Part shown: positions 56,372 through 62,697 of the stretch, in pieces
How positions within the stretch are numbered: position 1 is the stretch's first letter
How the letters are laid out: the number at the start of each line of letters is the position of its first letter
Assembly (NCBI GenBank): GCA_943359335.1
Contig: CALRHC010000003.1
Span: 1 to 62,697 of the forward strand
Direction of reading: 5' to 3'
DNA length: 62,697 bases
DNA from: Candidatus Yanofskybacteria bacterium
GTDB taxonomy: Bacteria > Patescibacteriota > Minisyncoccia > JACQLN01
Translations under genes and position numbers: made by a program
The notes under the pieces: generated by a model
The model's input: the letters and a program-made list of their open reading frames with translations, nothing else
Database searches by the model: none
What the model was told of the DNA's origin: nothing

Positions 56372-56980
56372 CTACCTGAATTTGTAGTATACCTTATTCT
56401 GTATGCGTAAATCTAAATAGTCTAACAATGCGGTTGGGCCGGATTTTTTAATTTCAACCAACGATTGTTTTAATGTTTCTAAGGTTTTGTATATATTCTC
56501 GCTTAAGTTTAAACGCAAAACCCAACCTTCGCTTGTTGTAAAATCAAAATCGGAATAGTTGGAATCTTCGGTTTTGGTTTCTACTAGTTCTATTTTAAAA
56601 TTATTAGCTAGCTCCTCTTTTAAAAAATTTATTTTGCCTAAAATTTTAGGGTCTAGTAACTTTTCGCCAACTTTAAGTTCTTTGTTGGTTTTATCTTCCA
56701 CAACCAAAACCAAGTTCCCACTGGTTTTAGCGCCTTCGTTAAAAGAAACTCCATCTTTATTTAACCAAAAACAACTTGTGCTTTGGCATAAAACGGCAGA
56801 TAGTGTTTTATCTATAGAATTTTCCTCTTTTACTTCGTCACTAACGGTATGCTTTTTAAAATAAAAGAATACACCAGTGATTAAAGCTATGGTTAAAAAC
56901 AAAACAGGCCCTGCATAACTAGGGACTTTTACTTTTGAAAAAACATTTTCTTTTTGGGCAGGACGGAATTTTTCAGCCAT
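56372..56980 (-). CDS. FtsQ/DivIB-like cell division protein (short form)
   Basis: Single TM helix, then C..CFWLNKDG and C-terminal LDYLDLRIQNKVYYK. Confidence 0.6.
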   Translation of the reverse strand: MAEKFRPAQKENVFSKVKVPSYAGPVLFLTIALITGVFFYFKKHTVSDEVKEENSIDKTLSAVLCQSTSCFWLNKDGVSFNEGAKTSGNLVLVVEDKTNKELKVGEKLLDPKILGKINFLKEELANNFKIELVETKTEDSNYSDFDFTTSEGWVLRLNLSENIYKTLETLKQSLVEIKKSGPTALLDYLDLRIQNKVYYKFR

Positions 56981-56994
56981 TTTTTAAGTCAAAA

Positions 56995-57112
56995 CCCTAA
57001 ACTCTAAGCACTAAATCCTAAATAAACTCTAATCTTCAAAATTTTAAAACCCCAAACTGTTTAGAACTTAGAATTTAGAACTTGTTTAGAGTTTAGATAT
57101 TAGAGCTTAGAA
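56995..57112. repeat. Two-armed inverted heptamer repeat (xxCTAAx / TTTAGAx)
   Basis: 4 units 56995-57022 and 7 inverted units 57060-57112. Confidence 0.8.
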
Positions 57113-57113
57113 T

Positions 57114-58370
57114 TTAAGACTTTGGATTTATCGATTTAAAAGTAAGATACCTCTGCAAATTCTTAGGAATCACCACCGAACCATCTTCCTTTTGGTTATT
57201 TTCTAATATAGCAATTATAGCGCGTGAAGTGGCTACAGCTGTGCCGTTTAATGTGTGGGCAAAATCCGATTCGCCATTTGGCAAACGGTATTTAATATTT
57301 AAATTTCTGGCTTGGTAATCTGTAGTGTTAGAAGTAGATGTAACTTCGCCCCATTCGCCTCGGCCGGGCATCCAAGCTTCTAGGTCGTATTTAGCGGCGG
57401 CTTGCGCGCCTAAATCGCCAGTACACATTTCTAAAACACGGTAAGGAATATTTAAACCTTGGAAAATTCTTTCTTCCAAACGTAAAATCTCGGCATGCAT
57501 ATTTTTAGATTCTTCGGGTGTGGTATAGGCAAACATTTCTACCTTGGTAAATTGGTGTACCCTATAAAGCCCTTTAGAATATTTTCCGTATGCGCCAGCT
57601 TCGCGGCGGAAACAATGCGAAAGCCCAGCATATTTTTTTGGTAAAACTTTTGAATCTAAAATTTCATCGGAATGGTAAGCGGCTAAAGCAACTTCACTGG
57701 TAGCAATTAAACCTAAATCGGAATCTGTAATTTCGTATGTTTGAGCTTCGTCGCCTTTTGGCAAATAACCCGTACCTAAATAATATTTGGAACGCGCCAT
57801 ATCGGGCGTAAACAAAACTTCGAAACCTTCTTCGCGTAGTAAATCTAGTGTGTAAGTTATTATGGCAAGCTCCAGCATTGCGCCTTCGTTTTTTAAATAG
57901 AAAAATTGGCTACCGGCAACCTTAGCACCAGCTTCAAAATCGACAATGCCTAACTTTTCGGCTAGTTCCAAATGATCCTTTGGTTTAAAAGAAAATTCGG
58001 GAATGTTTCCCACGACTCTTAATTCTTTATTACCTTTATCGCCCTCGCCTTCCACCACATCATCAAAAGCAGGGTTTGGAATTTGCGAAAACTTTGCAGA
58101 AAGATCGCTCTCTACAACATCTAGTTCTTTTTCTTTAACCTTTATTTTTTCTTTTAAGCTTCTGCCTTTTTCACGGTCTTCTTCGGAAGCGTCTTTGCCT
58201 AAAGATGCAATTTCTTTTCCACTACGGCGAAACTCTTCGGTTTCTTGTATTAAAGCGCGGCGGCGCTTATCCATTTCTAAAATTTCGTCAACATCAATTT
58301 TATAACCCTTCCTACGAATGGCTTCTTTTATATAGTCTGGCTTTTCACGAAGTAATTTAATGTCGATCAT
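57114..58370 (-). CDS. serS: Serine--tRNA ligase
   Basis: MIDIKLLR, LIATSE, CFRREAG, GLYRVHQFTKVE, HTLNGT. Confidence 0.97.
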   Translation of the reverse strand: MIDIKLLREKPDYIKEAIRRKGYKIDVDEILEMDKRRRALIQETEEFRRSGKEIASLGKDASEEDREKGRSLKEKIKVKEKELDVVESDLSAKFSQIPNPAFDDVVEGEGDKGNKELRVVGNIPEFSFKPKDHLELAEKLGIVDFEAGAKVAGSQFFYLKNEGAMLELAIITYTLDLLREEGFEVLFTPDMARSKYYLGTGYLPKGDEAQTYEITDSDLGLIATSEVALAAYHSDEILDSKVLPKKYAGLSHCFRREAGAYGKYSKGLYRVHQFTKVEMFAYTTPEESKNMHAEILRLEERIFQGLNIPYRVLEMCTGDLGAQAAAKYDLEAWMPGRGEWGEVTSTSNTTDYQARNLNIKYRLPNGESDFAHTLNGTAVATSRAIIAILENNQKEDGSVVIPKNLQRYLTFKSINPKS

Positions 58371-58381
58371 ATTATTTATAT

Positions 58382-58410
58382 ATTCTAGCTTTTAAAGCAC
58401 CTTGGGTCAA
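58382..58410 (-). promoter_or_regulatory. serS promoter
   Basis: TTGACC-17bp-TAGAAT ending 11 nt before the ATG (near-leaderless). Confidence 0.7.
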
Positions 58411-58412
58411 AG

Positions 58413-58442
58413 AAAAAACCGCGGAGAAAGTTATCTCCGCGG
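58413..58442 (-). terminator. Intrinsic terminator
   Basis: CCGCGGAGA-AAGTTA-TCTCCGCGG plus T6 on the minus strand. Confidence 0.8.
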
Positions 58443-58467
58443 CCGAAACTGGGGGGATCCTCCTCGA

Positions 58468-58653
58468 TTATCCCGAGAAGGGTTGTTGATCTTGTTGGGT
58501 GTCCTTGGGCAAGAACTGGCGGATCTCTTCCACAGGCGCACGTTGCGCAGGATCAATATGAGAGAAACTCGAGCGAAGCGTAGCAAGCTCTCCGATCGAG
58601 AGATCGCGGCGTTGCTCGCTACTGCTAAAGATACTGCCCAAACTATTATCCAT
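58468..58653 (-). CDS. GC-rich orphan 61-aa ORF (or part of a structured RNA)
   Basis: GGGGAG SD-like site, upstream promoter, downstream terminator. Confidence 0.45.
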   Translation of the reverse strand: MDNSLGSIFSSSEQRRDLSIGELATLRSSFSHIDPAQRAPVEEIRQFLPKDTQQDQQPFSG

Positions 58654-58719
58654 ACGGCCTTCTCCCCAGAAGGTGAGTGGATGGGATGATTAAGGAACAC
58701 TAGACTAGCTAGTTTTTAT

Positions 58720-58747
58720 ATTATACAAGACCTGCAAAAATTGGCAA
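58720..58747 (-). promoter_or_regulatory. Sigma70-like promoter
   Basis: TTGCCA-16bp-TATAAT. Confidence 0.6.
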
Positions 58748-58766
58748 ACCTCATTATTATAACGTG

Positions 58767-58815
58767 ACACTTCGACTCGCAGACCTGTCTGCCGACAGGC
58801 AGGCTCTCTCAGTGT
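58767..58815. repeat. ACTTCG..CTCAG element with nested CCTGTCTGCCGACAGGCAGG palindrome
   Basis: Outer ACACT/AGTGT arms; nested imperfect palindrome 58784-58803. Confidence 0.6.
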
Positions 58816-58862
58816 ATTTTTACTTTATTTTTTATATACACTAAAGAAAGTAAAAATAAAAT

Positions 58863-58882
58863 ACCGAGTCCATAGACTCGGT
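58863..58882 (-). terminator. Intrinsic terminator
   Basis: ACCGAGTC-CATA-GACTCGGT plus T-rich tail on the minus strand. Confidence 0.75.
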
Positions 58883-58891
58883 TAATTCTCT

Positions 58892-59074
58892 TCACATGGG
58901 AGCTAATTCCACACCTCTAACTATCATGGTTTTGCCCTCTACGGTTACTACATATGTTTCGTCATCATCTATTGCCCGAACCTCTTCATCGGCTACAACA
59001 CAGGGCTTTCTTAAGCCATTGTGTGATTCATCAACGTAAAAGCATTTCCTATCTCTACCAAGATACTTAGCCAT
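58892..59074 (-). CDS. Orphan 60-aa protein
   Basis: AGGGGAG SD, own promoter and terminator. Confidence 0.7.
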   Translation of the reverse strand: MAKYLGRDRKCFYVDESHNGLRKPCVVADEEVRAIDDDETYVVTVEGKTMIVRGVELAPM

Positions 59075-59102
59075 ATTAACTCCCCTGTTTAATATGGAAA
59101 CT

Positions 59103-59130
59103 AAAAAGGAACAGCTTTACTACTGTTCCT
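59103..59130 (-). terminator. greA terminator
   Basis: AGGAACAG/CTGTTCCT 8-bp stem plus T run. Confidence 0.7.
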
Positions 59131-59159
59131 ATTCTAGCAGAGCTCTACTTAATAGCCAA
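59131..59159 (-). promoter_or_regulatory. Promoter of orphan 58892-59074 overlapping the greA stop
   Basis: TTGGCT-17bp-TAGAAT. Confidence 0.5.
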
Positions 59160-59615
59160 GATCTTATATTTTAATTTACCCATTGGAGTTACGGCTTCAA
59201 CATCTTCGCCTGGTAGTCTAAAAAGAAATGCTTTACCTAGCGGAGATTCGTTCGATATTTTATTTTGCATAGGGTCGGCACCATTAGAACCCACAATAGT
59301 ATAAGTTATTTTCTCGCCTTTTTCATTTTTAACTTCTATTGTATCGCCTACTTCTATAGCAACTCTGGCACCGGCTTTATTTTTGTTTTCGTCTATAATA
59401 ACGGCAGTTTTTACCAATTCTTCTAGTTCTCTTATTCTGCCTTCGTTAAACGCCTGAGCCTCGCGTGATTCTAAATATTCAGCGTTTTCGGAAAGATCTC
59501 CCAACGATTTAGCTTCTTCGATGCGTTCCGCAATTTCATGACGCTTAACTGTTTTTAATTCGTGCAATTCTTTTTTAAAAGCTTCTAAATCGCCTTGAGA
59601 AATATATTTTTGCAT
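59145..59615 (-). CDS. greA: Transcription elongation factor GreA
   Basis: GDLSENAEY, ISNESPLGKA; probable ATG at 59615. Confidence 0.95.
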   Translation of the reverse strand: MQKYISQGDLEAFKKELHELKTVKRHEIAERIEEAKSLGDLSENAEYLESREAQAFNEGRIRELEELVKTAVIIDENKNKAGARVAIEVGDTIEVKNEKGEKITYTIVGSNGADPMQNKISNESPLGKAFLFRLPGEDVEAVTPMGKLKYKILAIK

Positions 59616-59650
59616 TTTTTTATTATTATAAAACACCAATATTATTGGTG

Positions 59651-60490
59651 TTAGTTTTTAAATTTAGTTGAATACTTAAATAATTTTGCTACATTGGAAA
59701 AAAGCCGAGCTACCGTAATTGGTCCTACACCGCCTGGAACTGGAGTAATTAATGAAATTTTGTCTTTCACAGATTCTAAGTCTACATCACCTACTATGTT
59801 TCCGTCAAGGATGGAAAACCCAGCATCTATAACCACCGAACCATCTTTTACCATATCGCTTTTAATAAGATTAGCCTCCCCAACAGCACTTATAATAATA
59901 TCCGAACACAAAGAAATATGCTTAGCATCTTCTTTTGGCGTGTCTTTATCTATTACGGCTACTGTCGCTCCTTCCTTTATAAGCATTGGCACTAAGAATC
60001 TTCCTACGAGCCTGCCATAGCCAAACAAAGCTACTTTTTTACCCAACAAACTAATATTTTCTTCTTTAAAAACATCTAAAATAGCTTCGGCAGTTGGTGG
60101 GTTAATCAAAGAATGCCCATTAAAAAAAGCGCCAACCGATCTATCACATAACAGATCGGGATCTTTCTCTGGCAGTATAACATTTAAAATAGAGTTATTA
60201 ATTTCTGCAGGTAACGGCATTTGAACCACTACAGCAGAAACACTTTCCATTTTTACTATTTTATTTAAATATTCTCTAGCTTTTGAAAAGTCGTCCTTAG
60301 AATAATTATAATCATTAAAACCAAAACCCAAACTTTCAGCTGTTTTTCTTTTTTGAACAATATAAGAAGAATTATTTTTTTCGTCGCCAAAACTAATTAC
60401 AGCCAGATTTGGTTTTTGTGGCCAAGAATTAGTTTCTTTTTTTATGCTATCTAAAATTTTATTAGCTAGTTGTTTACCATCAAATATCAT
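59651..60490 (-). CDS. folD: Methylene-THF dehydrogenase/cyclohydrolase
   Basis: MIFDGK, VQMPLP, GYGRLVG, ITPVPGGVGPIT. Confidence 0.93.
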   Translation of the reverse strand: MIFDGKQLANKILDSIKKETNSWPQKPNLAVISFGDEKNNSSYIVQKRKTAESLGFGFNDYNYSKDDFSKAREYLNKIVKMESVSAVVVQMPLPAEINNSILNVILPEKDPDLLCDRSVGAFFNGHSLINPPTAEAILDVFKEENISLLGKKVALFGYGRLVGRFLVPMLIKEGATVAVIDKDTPKEDAKHISLCSDIIISAVGEANLIKSDMVKDGSVVIDAGFSILDGNIVGDVDLESVKDKISLITPVPGGVGPITVARLFSNVAKLFKYSTKFKN

Positions 60491-60494
60491 CTTT

Positions 60495-60522
60495 TTTAGG
60501 GTTTAGGGTTTAGAATTTAGAG
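60495..60522. repeat. Four tandem TTTAGRR heptamers
   Basis: TTTAGGG TTTAGGG TTTAGAA TTTAGAG. Confidence 0.7.
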
Positions 60523-60524
60523 TT

Positions 60525-62414
60525 TTATCTATGCATATACCATTCTAACACTTCTCGTGCTATTGGTGCTGCTATGCTCGAGCCTTCCCCACCGTTTTCC
60601 ACCAAAACTATTAAAACAATTTCTGGATTTTCGTATGGTGCAAAAACAGAAAACCAAGCATGTGTATTATTTCCCACACCGGTTTGTGCCGTCCCTGTTT
60701 TTCCACCAGCGCTCCCTGGTAAAGCCGAAAGAGAACGCCCCGAACCAGAAACAATTGTTTCGTGCATAGCGCGCCTAATTATTTCTAAAGATTCTTGGTC
60801 TACAAAATTTTTACTTAAAACTTCTGGCTCTATATTTTTTATAACCTTACCCGAAGCGTCGGTTATATTTTTAACAACTCTGGGCTTAAACAATGTACCG
60901 TGGTTTGCAATTGCCGAAGTAGCTAAAGCTAATTGAAGTGGAGTTGATTGAACAAACCCCTGCCCAATAGACATGTTATAAGTATCACCAGAAAACCAAC
61001 CTTCGCGTTTGTTTAAACGTTTCCAGTTTGGCGTTGGAATAAAACCATCGGCCTCACCTGGTAAATCTATTTCTGTTAATTTTGAAAAACCAAAAAGTTT
61101 ATAATATTCTGCCAATTTTTCTGGCCCTAAACCCGGAATATCACCATAACCTCCGCCAACGGTGTAAAAGAAAATATTAGAAGACATAGCGATAGCTTTA
61201 TATATATCTACTATTCCTAAAATCTTCCAACCTTTAAAAATCTGGTTGCCAACAGTTATAAAACCTTTATCGTTTATTAAAGTTTTATCGGTGACAATTT
61301 TTTCTTGAAGCGCACCTATACCAATAAAAGGTTTAACTGTGGAACCTGGCGGATACACTCCGCCTATAACACGATTAAACATTGGCTGGCTATTACTTTC
61401 AAAAAGATTTTTAAAAGTTTCTGGGCTTAAACGTGTTGTAAAAACATTGCTATCGAATAACGGAAAACTCTGCAAAGCTAAAACTCCACCACCTCTTGGA
61501 TCAATCGCAATCGCTGCTGCCCTATTTAAACCAATTGCACCCAAATGCCGACTCATAACTTCTGTTAGCTTGGCCTGTAAATCGGCATCTAAAAACAAAT
61601 TTAAATTATTACCAGCAACGGCTGGTTTTGTGCCAACCACTCTACCTATTCCACCATGAGCATAACTTTCTAGCATTGTTACACCTTTTTGGCCTCTTAA
61701 ATAATCTTGATATTCAAACTCTAAACCATTTTTACCGATAATATCTGTAAGTAAAAAATCACTATTATCTTTTACATTTTTTTCTGTAACTCTGCCTGTA
61801 TAACCCAAAACATGACTAAATACTCCCCTGCCTTCATATTCTCTTTTAAAATTTTCTTCTAAACGAAAACCTTGCAAATTTTCTATTTGGCTTTTAAAAG
61901 CTAAAAGTTCATTATGATCTAAGTTTTCTAAAACAAGAATAGGGCGAAAAGAAAACCTGTTTATATCTTGAAACTGTTTTTTTATAGTATCTTCGGATTG
62001 TTGTAAAAGTTCACTTAATATTTTTACTATTTTTTCTTGAGATGATTTATCTCTTGGTAATTCTGCTGGAATCATAACCAAGTTAAAAGACAAAGCATTT
62101 TTAACTAACGCTTTACCCTTAGAATCGTAAACTATTCCCCTAGGTGCACGATCCCAAATTTCTTTTATATAGTTAGCCTTGGCCAAAGCTATATATTCTT
62201 TGTTTTTAAAAATAACTATATATAAATTTCTAAACAAAACCACACTAAAAGCAAGAAGTAATACTAAACCTAGTTTTTTTATAGCCGAATTAGAAATATT
62301 TTTAGAAATTCTGTCTTCCCATTTAAAACCACTCTCCGAAATTTGATGATTATCGAAAAAAACTTCGTCTATTTCTAAATGATCCAGATCTTTAATTATT
62401 TTCTTTTTAAACAT
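60525..62414 (-). CDS. mrdA: Penicillin-binding protein 2
   Basis: APRG, YPPGSTVK (SxxK), SSN (SxN), GKTGTAQ. Confidence 0.93.
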   Translation of the reverse strand: MFKKKIIKDLDHLEIDEVFFDNHQISESGFKWEDRISKNISNSAIKKLGLVLLLAFSVVLFRNLYIVIFKNKEYIALAKANYIKEIWDRAPRGIVYDSKGKALVKNALSFNLVMIPAELPRDKSSQEKIVKILSELLQQSEDTIKKQFQDINRFSFRPILVLENLDHNELLAFKSQIENLQGFRLEENFKREYEGRGVFSHVLGYTGRVTEKNVKDNSDFLLTDIIGKNGLEFEYQDYLRGQKGVTMLESYAHGGIGRVVGTKPAVAGNNLNLFLDADLQAKLTEVMSRHLGAIGLNRAAAIAIDPRGGGVLALQSFPLFDSNVFTTRLSPETFKNLFESNSQPMFNRVIGGVYPPGSTVKPFIGIGALQEKIVTDKTLINDKGFITVGNQIFKGWKILGIVDIYKAIAMSSNIFFYTVGGGYGDIPGLGPEKLAEYYKLFGFSKLTEIDLPGEADGFIPTPNWKRLNKREGWFSGDTYNMSIGQGFVQSTPLQLALATSAIANHGTLFKPRVVKNITDASGKVIKNIEPEVLSKNFVDQESLEIIRRAMHETIVSGSGRSLSALPGSAGGKTGTAQTGVGNNTHAWFSVFAPYENPEIVLIVLVENGGEGSSIAAPIAREVLEWYMHR

Positions 62415-62697
62415 TATTAAATTCCCTGCCTAAAAACTTATTAAACAAAAAGCTAGCCACCGCAGATGTAACAATTAAAAATGTTGTTGTGCCAATTCTG
62501 TTTATGCCTTCATTTATATTACCTAAACCCAAAGCCCAATTTAAAGAAAATATAGTTGCGTAAAAAACTAAAACTCCAAACCCAGAAAAGGCTAAAGTTT
62601 GCCAAGCCGAGCGGTGAAAAAAATTAACAAGAAACCATCTTTCATAAACAAGCATTAGCATTAATGCTAAAAATATTACACCCAAATTAAAAGATGT
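62407..62697 (-). CDS. Membrane protein, probably MreD-like; 5' part lies outside the window
   Basis: Hydrophobic ORF open to the window edge, directly upstream of PBP2. Confidence 0.45.
   Translation of the reverse strand, partial: TSFNLGVIFLALMLMLVYERWFLVNFFHRSAWQTLAFSGFGVLVFYATIFSLNWALGLGNINEGINRIGTTTFLIVTSAVASFLFNKFLGREFNNV

Noticed and set aside
58402-58700. ORFs 58402-58689 (+) and 58431-58700 (-)
   Set aside because: Both run across the terminator hairpin and lack an SD; the 61-aa minus-strand ORF fits the promoter, SD and terminator layout better.
60495-60508. TTTAGGG x2 as plant-type telomeric repeat or eukaryotic contamination
   Set aside because: Only two exact units, continuous with degenerate heptamers also seen at 57060-57112, and flanked by bacterial genes.
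1461-61659. Numerous antisense or overlapping ORFs in the track (e.g. 4733-5017, 11823-12251, 22866-23369, 24190-24600, 26946-27503, 35217-35876, 44238-44711)
   Set aside because: They are shadows of well-supported genes on the opposite strand or frame, with no motifs or expression signals.
1-62697. CRISPR array, rRNA, integrase, transposase, reverse transcriptase
   Set aside because: No regularly spaced identical 23-50 nt repeats and no recognisable motifs. The palindrome array at 56187-56369 has unequal, non-identical units.

Overview
A 62.7-kb AT-rich (roughly one-third GC by eye) bacterial chromosome segment. It is most consistent with a Patescibacteria/CPR (Parcubacteria-like) genome, inferred from the compact overlapping operons, the AspRS lacking its GAD insert, several GT-C glycosyltransferases and a VirD4-like ATPase. 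TGA is used as a stop codon, so the code is 11, not 25. The backbone is housekeeping: gltX, murG, ftsW, mraY, a DD-carboxypeptidase, scpAB, aspS, class I lysS, def, fmt, znuBC-like, dnaX, obgE, a DEAD-box helicase, tRNA-Gln(UUG), pyrD, serS, greA, folD and PBP2. Four kinds of accessory material interrupt it. (1) Single orphan genes, most carrying their own sigma70 promoter, SD site and terminator. (2) Two candidate defence loci: a MazG-like dNTPase + EVE/PD-(D/E)XK nuclease + membrane protein operon, and a ClpP-like protease + membrane protein + RxxxxH (HEPN-like) protein. (3) Two gene-end duplications that differ almost only at synonymous sites. One is the dnaX 5' end, bracketing a structured RNA-like element that is also complementary to early dnaX codons. 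The other is the ftsQ-like 3' end, bracketing a Bro-N gene and an array of RhuM-type palindromes. (4) Many small palindromic or heptamer repeat elements, some nested and one in frame within dnaX. No CRISPR array, rRNA, integrase or transposase was seen. All family assignments come from motif recognition, not database searches.
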